From the IMG/VR virus record IMGVR_UViG_3300037805_000894: a DNA stretch of 64,000 nucleotides. The stretch is one strand, 5' to 3'. The DNA is from a virus. Shown here in pieces: positions 43,101 to 51,244 of the stretch; the stretch's first letter is position 1, and each line of letters opens with the position of its first letter. The notes beneath the pieces were generated by a model that was given only the letters and a program-made list of their open reading frames with translations, searched no databases and was not told the origin of the DNA. The translations under genes and the position numbers were made by a program.

Positions 43101-44573
43101 TTAGGAAATAAGTATGTATACCTTGCTGGCTTTAGTATATCTTTAAATGATATTACTACACCAAAGGCTTTAGATAAGCAGGTCGCATCTCTAGTAGATG
43201 TATACGGTAAAGATAATAAGTACGCAGATAACTTAGACAAGGGTATGGCTAAAACTCAAAAAACCTTTAAAAGTTTTTTCGATAAGAATCGCCTTTATGA
43301 TATGAAGAGATCTGGTGCAAAAGGGAAATGGAGTAATCTGACGCAGATGCTATACACGCCTGGCTTCATGGAAGGAGTAGCTGGACAGGGTTTACAAGAC
43401 AACTCTCTATCTACTGGTTATGCTCAAGGTATGAATGCTTCTGATTATATAAATACTCAGTTTGCAGCTAGAAGCGGAATGATTTCTAAAGTAAGAGGCG
43501 TTGCTAAAGGAGGGGAGCTAAGCAAGGATGAAGTACATGCTGGAATGGAGCTTGTTATAACTGAAAAAGACTGTTTGACAACAAAAGGCATCAGCTTGTC
43601 TCGCACAGACCCTTTCATAATAGGGCGTTTTCTAGTGGATGGTTCTTCTCCTATTGATGAGGTATATTTAAAAACACACAAGAAAAAGATGTTCCTGGTA
43701 CGCTCGCCATTAACATGCGAAGCGGTACAAGGTATTTGCGTAAAATGTCACGGTCTAAATGATCAGTTTAGATTACCAACTATAGGAGACCATGTTGGCG
43801 CGGAAGCTGCTCAAGTAACTAGTGAAAGTATTACACAAGGTTTAATGCGTGTTTTTCACTCAGGAAAGGGTTCAGAAGAAGGAGGGCCTAAGACCTTAGC
43901 ACGAGATGCAAACAACCTATTTGGTAAGATACCTAATAGTTTTTTTAATGAAGCTCCTGTGGCCGAGTCTACAGGTTTTGTAACCAAAGTAGAGAAAGCG
44001 TTAGGTGGGGGCTGGGACATACACGTAGATGATAGAAAATATCATGCTACAGATATAGTTAATCCTTTGGTTAAAAAGGATCAACGCGTGGAACGAGGAC
44101 AGGCACTCACTACAGGATTAAGGCATCCTAGAAAAGTACTTGAAGTAGAAGGCTTATTAGGGGCAAGAAAGTACTTGACAAATAGCATGCGGAACCTGTA
44201 TTCTTCTAATGGAATTTCCTTAAACCCCATACACTTCGAAGTCTTAAGTCGCTCCCTGACTGAGCATGCGCGTGTAATAGATCCAGGAACTTCTCTTAAG
44301 TATGAGCCAGGTGATATGGAGAAAATAGCAGTATTAGATAAATTAAACAAAAATGGCGCCCTCATAAAATATGCGGCACGCTTAGAGGGGGCTAATAGAG
44401 TACCCTTGTTACGTAATGATTTCTTGGCACAATCTGCAAGAAGAGAAGCTAGAACAGCTATTCCAGAGGCGGCTATAAAAGGCTCAGTTGCCAAAATACG
44501 CAGCATCAACCCTATAAACTCTTGGCTTTTAGGTGATTTTAAGGATAAGCCAGGTACAAAAGGTGAATTCTAG
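37191..44573 (+). CDS. rpoBC: Fused beta-beta' multisubunit DNA-directed RNA polymerase, containing an intein
   Basis: Beta motifs GTYIWNG..RKPGVY, DQTNPL, GPGG, GYNFEDG, GDKMATRYGGKG, NPHGIPSRMN, KLKH. Beta' motifs HISLAEP, PILPP, NRHPSLH, NADFDGD, SGAKG, RSPLTC..C..C, HFEV. Confidence 0.95.
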   Translation: MTDRINTFKTSIEKALTSSIKGIPVGTGRTLTLTNIIIDDPDRSLKAELKARLAGQTHGSAIKGRFILKDTINNKEEKVTKRLFKLPIKTNRGTYIWNGNEIVIKNQYRRKPGVYVSQNQAGAYGASFNMAAGNSQFDQRVAVELVPETGKFLFKIKDSKFSLFALIKAFNVSDSQLKTAMGDKLFRVNYTDNLNSELKKIAKRLTGKTYSSFVEASEDIREKFTGISFEGGSNEITLGKGYDKVSPSFWLALTAKLRKTAAGIQKPDDVNASYFREYLTPEDNIVESITAATSKFVTRVRRRGGKKDLKSILSASKFEKPIYDLFSSSSLKEYTDQTNPLDWISGEDALTVFGPGGISQARAVSDDMRTLQPTLHGIADPLASPESADKIGVVLHRTVGSAIKGGVPHIKVVDRANKATTISSYAFANTVIGIGDPANKGSISGFKNGIAQQIKASTAKYFMKPESLFSKVSNMIPMLGSTYGVRANVGNKQYTQSLPLKYREAPLVTTQYEQTHSNKGSRDFPSVDMQGNIIAIESGTIQAVRQDKIVLKSLNGTLLDHEYPSDFPLNTESFMDTNVIVKAGDSVKKGQRLADSVFSKDGKLALGTNLKTGFLAYKGYNFEDGFVVSEGAAKKLTSLHLLEFEVEKGKDVVIGKGSYVSLFPGSASITNLANYDDNGLIKEGTIVEYGIPLILAYEKRELTPAQAAISTLNKKISQLLAPRDISPIYNKNVPGVVTRVYQDNKHNKVFVKTEEPAVEGDKMATRYGGKGIITKIVADAQMPVGADGSPLEVLFNPHGIPSRMNPSQMIESSLGKIAKKEGKIYALKQFDERGHVNIAKQEQARSGIHDEETVTDPETGKTMTNVHVGQLYFNKLKHSVRKKIKAGETGYYDVQYEQPKKTETNGTRAIDGLSFYSLLAGGARKNLAEMANIKGTKNDEFWRAMHSGMPLPNPKVPAMQDNFLSSLQALGLNTFKTKDSLALTPSTTEDILKQSNGEIREAKFMRSRDMKPEVGGFYDPALTGGDAGTKWTHISLAEPIPNPIFERAITKTLGITTKVFNAILKGKTKVSEDGTISKDGVLFGGKAIATMLDAINIDKQLKELRAQGKQQGLDKEWGDLNNTNTKIRFLSNIKVLGKKPSELYVLNAFPILPPKFRQMTILPTGTVQNPPINELYQSLKLESDGLKNLKALDFYDDETVGTRIEQLYKHAGAVFGTTDPVSFQLKQRASEKGILRQLAPKSGGKLGVIQQKMMRKKQDISGGSTITVDPNLPLDHVGVPEDMAFKIMKPFITRKMVQNGYTPIKALEAIKDRTPVARHQLDEVMKERPVMVNRHPSLHKFNFMSQWGRVVPGQAIMLNPLVIHGFNADFDGDSMIGDIWLSAPGEYNIDNGDSIVKTKLCITTNIADIPHGDLIERKANKEIYSVPKGMTVPAIAPDGTIELKEVTKFHKHKGCEEWEVKLTGDITLNVSDNHSLVCFNPELNIVEKTKPADASFLCVPRLFDIEYANPNKFEGVSNSRSEQERLHLISSLGFFTGSTRNNKKRVGGYTFSNSTFLEGRARLVNEYKEAHFDTQGRFISPFILNWIDSNVYLNDELRLPSFLIGVSKKEREAFVSGLIEASIMLNKDSFAIRETKNKAFLDDIAKLVQSVGVDGTFTSKKIKNCSIYSLEFKQLDVKNFYLKNAHYFSALSRAFLDDSKLLSISLKAHDFIPVPTFVSMLILETTRFRIDSKMKANKLRYAYSLKSYSDWIELGYEPWTRAAFNFFLSHMTDEELEVLPREYMKLVQNKAVRWGLITSSRKTGRTIDMYDITVKDYKNFATDYGYFVWDTMNMHVPVTEGARLEAARKLMPSNSLFGPDRNILPMPSNEAVLGLYILSKKGKSSQKTYTNLSAAEASFLKNEITLNDEVTIQGKKVSLGWAILYKNIPAKYHSIIKGKSLDKGVIQDLIKAIYKESASKAADLLNTLKDLGNKYVYLAGFSISLNDITTPKALDKQVASLVDVYGKDNKYADNLDKGMAKTQKTFKSFFDKNRLYDMKRSGAKGKWSNLTQMLYTPGFMEGVAGQGLQDNSLSTGYAQGMNASDYINTQFAARSGMISKVRGVAKGGELSKDEVHAGMELVITEKDCLTTKGISLSRTDPFIIGRFLVDGSSPIDEVYLKTHKKKMFLVRSPLTCEAVQGICVKCHGLNDQFRLPTIGDHVGAEAAQVTSESITQGLMRVFHSGKGSEEGGPKTLARDANNLFGKIPNSFFNEAPVAESTGFVTKVEKALGGGWDIHVDDRKYHATDIVNPLVKKDQRVERGQALTTGLRHPRKVLEVEGLLGARKYLTNSMRNLYSSNGISLNPIHFEVLSRSLTEHARVIDPGTSLKYEPGDMEKIAVLDKLNKNGALIKYAARLEGANRVPLLRNDFLAQSARREARTAIPEAAIKGSVAKIRSINPINSWLLGDFKDKPGTKGEF
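41310..42680 (+). mobile_element. Intein (457 aa) with degenerate LAGLIDADG region inside the RNAP active-site motif
   Basis: NADFDGD|SMIGD...SDNHSL (block B)...AFVSGLIEAS...MYDITV..NFA..GYFVWD|TMNMHVP. Confidence 0.85.
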
Positions 44574-45254
44574 ATGGAAGTTATACTGTGTGATAAAGGC
44601 TCGATGGGTATTGCAGCAAAGAATACCTACGAGAGTCTCTTAAAATGTGTGGGAAGAGCTTTTTGGTTTGTTCTTCTTCCTGAAACCTATGACTCTTACC
44701 TAGAGGCTAAGAAATGGACTACAGAAGAATCTAGAGTTATTGTGTGTAACCCAAAAGTTTTTGCTGGCGGTTATTTAAACCGTAATAAGATATACGAGTT
44801 ATACCCTAAAGCCGACTGGGTAACCAGAATCGCTCCAGGGACTATAATAACTGAAGATTATTTTTCTTACCTTCAGCAACATCGAAGGGATAAAACTATA
44901 GGCGCTATAGGGGCAATTGGGTATTTTATACATGGTAATTGGGAGAGTATAGATGGAAACGAAGTCCCCTCCCGACATTTAGCTCATGTATTAGATGATT
45001 GTCTTTGGTCTTGGCGCGTGGACAGTTATAGATACGAACCTCCATTTAATAATGTATGTTTAGGTCAATATGATCATCAAATGCATCTGCATTCTTTAGG
45101 TTTAAATTGCTTGACTGCGCCTTCTTCTGCTATACAATTTAAGGTAGAAGATGCAAACTATGATGAATCTACGTTATATGCTATAAAATTTTTAGCTTCC
45201 AAATGGAATACTAAAGTAGATTTACTTCGTGTTAAAGAGATTCTTCCAAATTAA
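44574..45254 (+). CDS. Hypothetical protein, possibly a divergent GT-A fold
   Basis: GGYLNRN..WV....IGAIG layout resembles GT2 but no intact DxD. Confidence 0.4.
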   Translation: MEVILCDKGSMGIAAKNTYESLLKCVGRAFWFVLLPETYDSYLEAKKWTTEESRVIVCNPKVFAGGYLNRNKIYELYPKADWVTRIAPGTIITEDYFSYLQQHRRDKTIGAIGAIGYFIHGNWESIDGNEVPSRHLAHVLDDCLWSWRVDSYRYEPPFNNVCLGQYDHQMHLHSLGLNCLTAPSSAIQFKVEDANYDESTLYAIKFLASKWNTKVDLLRVKEILPN

Positions 45255-45258
45255 AATA

Positions 45259-45585
45259 ATGTCCATCATCCCTTTTACTTTAATCAGTTTCGGCGTTACA
45301 GCTATAATAACTAAAGGCAGTATTTTTGAAGGCTTCAGGCGCTTTTGGTATGAAAAGTTACGAGGCTTTAAACCCTGGAGATCGTTACATACCTTTTTTA
45401 ACTGTCCCTTATGCGTGGGTTTCTGGGCAGGTTTAATAGTAAGCTTATGCGGACAAGGCATAACCGGGAATTTCTTTTTCGATGGCTGTATAGCATCGGG
45501 CACAAGTTGGTTTATAATGTTATTAGAATACTTCCTTATTAAACCCACTAATGGTAAAGGGTGTAAAGGATGTGGTGGTAAATAA
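45259..45585 (+). CDS. Membrane protein (DUF1360-like)
   Basis: TM helices with a CPLCVGFW motif; ATG at 45259 preferred over the upstream in-frame start. Confidence 0.6.
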   Translation: MSIIPFTLISFGVTAIITKGSIFEGFRRFWYEKLRGFKPWRSLHTFFNCPLCVGFWAGLIVSLCGQGITGNFFFDGCIASGTSWFIMLLEYFLIKPTNGKGCKGCGGK

Positions 45586-45977
45586 TGACTATTAGAAATA
45601 TTAATGATTTAACAGGTAATGCAAAACCTACCTTATGTGCTTCTTTTTCTTTAGAGACAAATGGAAGTGTCCCAATAGCAAATTCTATTATAGTTGCCCC
45701 CTCATCAGCTAGTAAAAGAATATTACTTTTGGGGTGGACTATAACTTGCTTTGCTGGCGCCTCAAGCACGACTGGAGATTTCAGGTTTACTGATGGCGAG
45801 GATACAGGATCAAATGATCTTTTAAAAGGAATGCATATGGGTACTACTCCAGTTGTAAATTCTTTATCGTTAAGTAATCCTATTGTACTAACAAAAGGAG
45901 CCACCCTTATGTTACAGGCTACTGAAAGCAGTGGGCAGTTTTTCATATCAGGCACTGCTTACTATATAGAGCTTTAA
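45585..45977 (+). CDS. Putative virion decoration beta-sandwich protein
   Basis: Resembles the C-terminal domain of 60558-61274 (APxxxxKxxxxG). Confidence 0.45.
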   Translation: MTIRNINDLTGNAKPTLCASFSLETNGSVPIANSIIVAPSSASKRILLLGWTITCFAGASSTTGDFRFTDGEDTGSNDLLKGMHMGTTPVVNSLSLSNPIVLTKGATLMLQATESSGQFFISGTAYYIEL

Positions 45978-46321
45978 TGACGCATTCCCAACACGGCTTA
46001 AGCAAAAAAACTATTGCTTATGTATATAAACGAGCTTGTAATAGATGTGAGCATTGTTTCTCAAAAAAAAGATTAGAGGTGCATCATATTGTTACACGAG
46101 GTAGAGGGCGTGGGTGGCGTTATTTAAATAACGCTGTTAATCTGGCTCTACTTTGTAATGTATGTCATCGAATTGTACATGACAAAGCAGAGGAAGATTA
46201 TCAAAAGTGGTTAATGTCTGTTCCCCCAAACGATTGCACGAGGTGCGGAGCCGAGTGGAGGGTAGACAGCGAGGAAAGGAAGATAGCTTGTTCAAGCTGT
46301 AGTTTTGACTGGGAATTTTAA
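45977..46321 (+). CDS. HNH endonuclease
   Basis: CEHC..LEVHHI..NLALLCNVCH..VH, plus a C-terminal Zn ribbon. Confidence 0.85.
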   Translation: MTHSQHGLSKKTIAYVYKRACNRCEHCFSKKRLEVHHIVTRGRGRGWRYLNNAVNLALLCNVCHRIVHDKAEEDYQKWLMSVPPNDCTRCGAEWRVDSEERKIACSSCSFDWEF

Positions 46322-46977
46322 GCCTTTTCGATTATACTTTTTATAGGTTCTTCTATATCTAAACCTTTTTCTACTGGAATATAATCTTTTTCTTTTATAG
46401 TACTTATGTTTTGTATACCTTGTACCTCTTGTTCTCTATTAAGTTCATCTAGTTTAATCCTCGTATAAAAACTGTAAGCTATTTCTTCTATTAATAGGTG
46501 CATATCTTTTTCTACTGGATCAGATAAAAAGATTTCATCTTTTCCTTCTGTTATCTGCATGGATGTTTTATAAGGAAATTTTAAAGATCCCCTAGTTTTA
46601 AATAAAATAACCTTTGCGGTATTAGTGTAACAACGAAATTCAAAAGGGTTTAAGTAAGCAAATATAGTACTGGATAGATTTATACTTCGGGGTAAGAAAG
46701 ATCTTGTAGCAGAGGCCGTTTCAAGGATCTCTTTTAATCTCCCAATAGAGGGGTTAGATTTTTCAGGTAACCTTGATGCATAAAGAGGTCGTATCATTCC
46801 ACAGGTAAAACAAAGTATTTTATAATATTTAGGCATATTAATCAGTAAAGCATTTCCCTCCTCATCTAGTATCCTCTTTCTTGCCAAGCCCTTTAATTTT
46901 TCGTCAGAGCTTACCTTTCTTTCTATGTATTTGTCTAGACACTCTATTTGAAACTCAATAAGCGCTTGGTAGTTCAT
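46318..46977 (-). CDS. Hypothetical protein, RT-coupled partner
   Basis: 219 aa; overlaps the RT 3' end by 23 nt; CxxC (CFTC). Confidence 0.65.
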   Translation of the reverse strand: MNYQALIEFQIECLDKYIERKVSSDEKLKGLARKRILDEEGNALLINMPKYYKILCFTCGMIRPLYASRLPEKSNPSIGRLKEILETASATRSFLPRSINLSSTIFAYLNPFEFRCYTNTAKVILFKTRGSLKFPYKTSMQITEGKDEIFLSDPVEKDMHLLIEEIAYSFYTRIKLDELNREQEVQGIQNISTIKEKDYIPVEKGLDIEEPIKSIIEKA

Positions 46978-48136
46978 GTGTTAATTTATTTTTAGTATCG
47001 GTAAAAGAGATGAGTATTTTTGCATTAGGCGCCTTAGATAGATCTTTTTCTCGTATCAGTTTCATACATTTCCGTAGACGGTTATGAGAACGAGGGTCTA
47101 CGTATAGAGCATAGATTACGGACGAAACCAAACTTTGAGGAATATCTTCCCAGCGTCCCTGTGCAAACTGAAACAAGCCAGCTCTTAGGTTATTAAGATA
47201 ATATCTACTGCACTTAAGGCGCTTAGAAGCATTTAAACCTAAAATAGGCATTTTTCTATTACTCATTGTAGAAGAGACGCTATCTTTACGATAATTTATA
47301 TCAAACTGCTTCTTAAGGAAAAAAGTCTTACTGCGTGTAGTTAAGGCAGTAGCTATGTCCTTAAGTAGAGAAGAAGGTATATCTTCCACACCGCGAACTA
47401 AGATATAAATATTGTCCACGTATCTCATATAAGAAGCACGCAAAACCTCGCTTACTTCCTTTTTCTCATAAATAGCAGTTATTTTCGCTGCCTTTACAGG
47501 TCCAATTAAATTCGATAGATAGCTACTACCGCTTTTATATATAATAGGCATGTCGTACCTATGCTCAAACTCGTAATCTAATGGAAGGTTAAAATGCTGA
47601 GACATATTCCCTGGGTTAAGTAGTACCGTCTCTGTTCTCTTAGTCCAAGTATTAAATGTATTGAGTAGGGCCATTATCTTAAGATCTGTTTCCAGTAAAC
47701 ACATATTAGAGATATCTTGTGATAGCGGGCTCCCTTGCGACAGTACTTCAATGCTATTCCCTATTGAGACAAAAGCCTGGTCTAAGTGAGGCATTAAGTT
47801 AGAAAAAGCTGAGTTCTTAAGTTTTGCTTTAGTAATAAAATGATAAAAATTAGTTAGATCGAACCCGCACAAGATACTATTAGGTTTAGATTCATCCTCT
47901 TTTAAGAAACGCCGTAATAGAGAGATCATGTTAGGATTACCATACGGGTAACCATGCACAGTGTTATATAGAGAGACTTTACGGTTATTTCGGTCTAATA
48001 AAGGAACCGCCTTATAAAAAGATCGTATATAGCCTAAAGCTTCTTTGTGTTTGCTAATATCTGCAAACTCATGTATGATTCTGAAACCTTTGGAATTTTG
48101 TTTCGGTATGATATGCGACTTGTAACGTTCTGTCAT
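46955..48136 (-). CDS. Retron-type reverse transcriptase with YVDN active-site motif
   Basis: YxxxxIPK..GFRII, HGY, FDLTNFY, LSQGSPLSQDISN, YMRYVDNI, INYRK, ILGL, LRA thumb. Confidence 0.9.
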   Translation of the reverse strand: MTERYKSHIIPKQNSKGFRIIHEFADISKHKEALGYIRSFYKAVPLLDRNNRKVSLYNTVHGYPYGNPNMISLLRRFLKEDESKPNSILCGFDLTNFYHFITKAKLKNSAFSNLMPHLDQAFVSIGNSIEVLSQGSPLSQDISNMCLLETDLKIMALLNTFNTWTKRTETVLLNPGNMSQHFNLPLDYEFEHRYDMPIIYKSGSSYLSNLIGPVKAAKITAIYEKKEVSEVLRASYMRYVDNIYILVRGVEDIPSSLLKDIATALTTRSKTFFLKKQFDINYRKDSVSSTMSNRKMPILGLNASKRLKCSRYYLNNLRAGLFQFAQGRWEDIPQSLVSSVIYALYVDPRSHNRLRKCMKLIREKDLSKAPNAKILISFTDTKNKLTHELPSAY

Positions 48137-48141
48137 ACGGT

Positions 48142-48150
48142 TTTATACCT
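48142..48150 (-). promoter_or_regulatory. AGGTATAAA promoter motif 5 nt upstream of the RT start codon (leaderless mRNA)
   Basis: Identical to the motif at 37108-37116. Confidence 0.6.
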
Positions 48151-48169
48151 AGTTATATACATTTTTAAA

Positions 48170-49372
48170 ATGCCCCGTCTTACTAATTTTACTGCTCCTG
48201 CTCCTTTTTCTGGTCCTAAATGGGCAAAACTATGGCATGGGAAGATAAAAGGTGCTGAGCCTATTATAAAAAATGGTATCCCACAGAGTGTATATAGTGG
48301 ATTGTTTACAGTTGTATTAGAGGATGCTACGGAGTTAAATAACATCCCGATGATGCCCGGCTCGTATGATCCGAAAACAAATGCAGGCTTTATTCGGCTG
48401 TTTAACAGAGACGAAGAGGTTTTAGTAGGGGAAACAATGCATGGGCTTATCTATATTTTAGGTTCTGTTTTATCTGCACTTACTGATGCAACAGCTAACC
48501 TCCCTGTTGTTGGGGGGTTCAATCGCCCTATGTCACCAGGTGAGGTTGTTATAGGAGGGCCGCGTGTTAAAATGCCAGAGCGGTCGTCGTTTATTTTCTT
48601 AGATAAATCAGGCGGGATAGAGCTCAAAGCGAATAGCAGTCATATAAAAGTTGAGGGGGAAACGAATTCCATAGAAGTAGAAACTTGGAGATACAGCCTA
48701 TTCACTGAAAGTGGTCATGAAACATGGGGACCTCATCCCTTAATTGGTAATGCTGCGCCGCCAGGGGTACCAAGACCAGGACAATATACACGCCTTGTAA
48801 GAGCCAAGGCTAGTGATAATTGGGGACAGTTTGTATATACAGAGCAGGGAAATTTAGGTATGTCCAGTTTGGAGATAGAAGCAAATCCGATTACTCCTAT
48901 TCATTTACAAAATTTCAATAATACAGCAGCAATAATAGCAACTAAGTCTGGTGGTTATTCTATCATGTCAGGGCTACCAGGACCAGAGATGGCGAATGCA
49001 CGTCAACCAGTGACTGCATTACAGGCTTTAAAATTAACAGCTCCCTTAAGTTTTGATCTAGAACCCTTAACGCAGATGGCTACATTACAAGCTCCTATTG
49101 TTTCCATGAAAGGAGGTCTAACTGGCACAGAAGGAACAGTAATGATTAATGCCAGCACTATTCTTGTTGCAGCGACAAGTACAGTAGTGCTGAATAGCGG
49201 AGGTACTGTGGCGATATCGGCCTCAGATGTTAAAATACAGTGTCCCAATACTACTTTTATGGGTAATGTGACGATAGCTGGTAATTTAACCGTTCAAGGC
49301 ATGACTACCGCTACGGCAGGTTTAAATTCTTCTGGTACTATAGTGGGAGCGGCTTGCTTACCAGAATACTAA
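48170..49372 (+). CDS. Baseplate spike/gp5-VgrG-like protein
   Basis: N-terminal OB-like region (EEVLVG..YILGS) and C-terminal beta-helix repeats (GNVTIAGNLTVQG). ATG at 48170 avoids overlap with the RT. Confidence 0.65.
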   Translation: MPRLTNFTAPAPFSGPKWAKLWHGKIKGAEPIIKNGIPQSVYSGLFTVVLEDATELNNIPMMPGSYDPKTNAGFIRLFNRDEEVLVGETMHGLIYILGSVLSALTDATANLPVVGGFNRPMSPGEVVIGGPRVKMPERSSFIFLDKSGGIELKANSSHIKVEGETNSIEVETWRYSLFTESGHETWGPHPLIGNAAPPGVPRPGQYTRLVRAKASDNWGQFVYTEQGNLGMSSLEIEANPITPIHLQNFNNTAAIIATKSGGYSIMSGLPGPEMANARQPVTALQALKLTAPLSFDLEPLTQMATLQAPIVSMKGGLTGTEGTVMINASTILVAATSTVVLNSGGTVAISASDVKIQCPNTTFMGNVTIAGNLTVQGMTTATAGLNSSGTIVGAACLPEY

Positions 49373-49387
49373 CAAATACTAGAAAAA

Positions 49388-51244
49388 ATGAAAAGACAAT
49401 TAGGAAATGACCATAATTTTTGGCCTCAGCAGATTTTAGAGTTTATCTACTCTGACTACCCTTTCATAGCTGATTATATGCAGGGCATTAAGTTCAAAAC
49501 GGTTGATCCGAGTTCGGGCACCGCCATGGGTGGTATTATGTTAGAGAATAAATCAACCGGCATGAGCGCTGTTATACCGCTAGTAATATCTGAGTTCTCT
49601 CTGAGCAATCTAGATGTTTTCATTGTCGATGACACGCAATACATTCCATTAACTATAACACGCTTAACTGAATATTTAGGAAAATCTATGGGGAAACTTA
49701 AACCCAAGAGAAAAGGTAGAGGAGACATGCCGGTAAAAACGAGCCCTCCAGGAAAGAAATCTAATAATAATATAAGAAAAACAGCAAGCCTTTTTAAAGC
49801 GGGGGCTAAAAAAGCAGGTATCGGACCAGGAATGCTTAAAATTATTCTCGATTCTATGGGCAAGAAAGAAGACAACCTAATTGCCAAGAGAATAAAATCG
49901 CTCCTAAAAGATATTCCATATAGAGCTTTATGGATTTTTTATTCCTCAAACCACAAAGGCTGGATAGCGCTGGCTAGCGATGATAGATTTAATATTACTA
50001 AGATAGAAGGCCGCGAGAAGATCCTCGAAGAGCTTTCCAAATACGACGTAAATCTGGCCCAAGAGATGGATAGGAGCGATAATATCTTTATCTCAAGAGA
50101 GGACAGAAAACCTTTCATAGCCGAAGATTTTATGGAGGCCCCAAAGCCTTTAACTGCATCAGGCATGTCTTCGGTTATTACGAGTAAAAATAACACGCTG
50201 ATAGGCTATCATGTAGAAACCGTAACGGATTTATTAGCAAGGCCTTTAGGCTTTTCTATGTGGTATAATGGAGAAGACTATACCATTGGGGAAGGTTTCT
50301 CAGGTTACTACTTAAGAGATTCGCATGCCCCTCGCGTTACCACTATAGAGAAACATAAGCAGTATTGTTTTAGCTTTACAGAAGGAGCTGAGCAGCGTTG
50401 CACTGCACCTTTTACAGCTTTAGAAAAACCATCTGTTGTCAACAAGGGTTTAGTTTTTAAAGCTAAAACACACTTCGGGAAGGAAATTACTATTAAGTAT
50501 TCCAAAGAAGTTGACGCGCCTTTTTCAAATCTAGGGGATGTTGCGGAAGATATGGAAGGAGAAGTAATTTATTACATACCAACAAGTTATAAATTAAATA
50601 AGGTTGGCAACAACAAGATTAGCCTTACCTATTTAACAGATAAATCCTTTGCTTCCGTATTGGCGGATAATCTAGGCTACTCAATTAAGATAAAAGGTTT
50701 TAATGCAGAGGGTGTACCGCATTATTATATTAAAGGTAAAGTAGCTGAGAAACTAGTAACACTGGATGACAAAGATTTTGATGCTAACTTTGGGAAGTAT
50801 GCAACCGATGAGAATGCTTTAATTTGGTACTTAATCAATTTAGGTTTTTCTGAAGGAACCTCTAGAGCTATCATAGCTTCAGTTTGGCAACACAATGGAG
50901 AGGTTACTATAGGAAACGTTTCTCCCTTTAAAGACACAAAGATTAATCTTAATGTACCTCATGAGTTAGTTAGTTTAGCAGAAGATAAACTCATACCTGA
51001 TTCTTCGGTCGAGGCCATGCTTGGTCTCAACTTTATAAATGATCTAGATGTATTAGATGCGCTAGTTTATGTAGAGGATATTAAACAGTTAGAATCTATA
51101 TTAGCGAAGCTTCTTTTTCAAGTTCGCCTAGGTGTACCTTTGGCGGATGAAGTAAACGTTACAAGAGCTTTAGACTATGTTAGCAAAGTCATAGACGATC
51201 TAGAGATAGCAAAAGCAACGCTAGGGAAAAAGGTTAAGAAGTAA
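49388..51244 (+). CDS. Hypothetical (putative virion) protein
   Basis: 618 aa; WPQQI, RKTAS, LGLNFIN, RLG motifs; late gene cluster. Confidence 0.5.
   Translation: MKRQLGNDHNFWPQQILEFIYSDYPFIADYMQGIKFKTVDPSSGTAMGGIMLENKSTGMSAVIPLVISEFSLSNLDVFIVDDTQYIPLTITRLTEYLGKSMGKLKPKRKGRGDMPVKTSPPGKKSNNNIRKTASLFKAGAKKAGIGPGMLKIILDSMGKKEDNLIAKRIKSLLKDIPYRALWIFYSSNHKGWIALASDDRFNITKIEGREKILEELSKYDVNLAQEMDRSDNIFISREDRKPFIAEDFMEAPKPLTASGMSSVITSKNNTLIGYHVETVTDLLARPLGFSMWYNGEDYTIGEGFSGYYLRDSHAPRVTTIEKHKQYCFSFTEGAEQRCTAPFTALEKPSVVNKGLVFKAKTHFGKEITIKYSKEVDAPFSNLGDVAEDMEGEVIYYIPTSYKLNKVGNNKISLTYLTDKSFASVLADNLGYSIKIKGFNAEGVPHYYIKGKVAEKLVTLDDKDFDANFGKYATDENALIWYLINLGFSEGTSRAIIASVWQHNGEVTIGNVSPFKDTKINLNVPHELVSLAEDKLIPDSSVEAMLGLNFINDLDVLDALVYVEDIKQLESILAKLLFQVRLGVPLADEVNVTRALDYVSKVIDDLEIAKATLGKKVKK

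Noticed and set aside
39935-44509. Antisense ORFs within RNAP, and similar ones in recA, portal, terL and other genes
   Set aside because: Shadow frames of well-supported genes, with no motifs or expression signals.
46955-48136. DGR or group II intron RT
   Set aside because: Motifs are retron-like. No TR/VR pair differing at adenines, no maturase domain and no intron domain V were seen; the 93-bp repeats are identical and in frame.
48047-48169. N-terminal extension of the 441-aa ORF
   Set aside because: It overlaps the RT start and promoter antisense; ATG 48170 is more plausible.
48137-48400. Canonical msr-msd directly upstream of the RT
   Set aside because: The promoter motif lies 5 nt from the ATG, the DNA beyond encodes the spike protein, and no a1/a2 repeats are visible.
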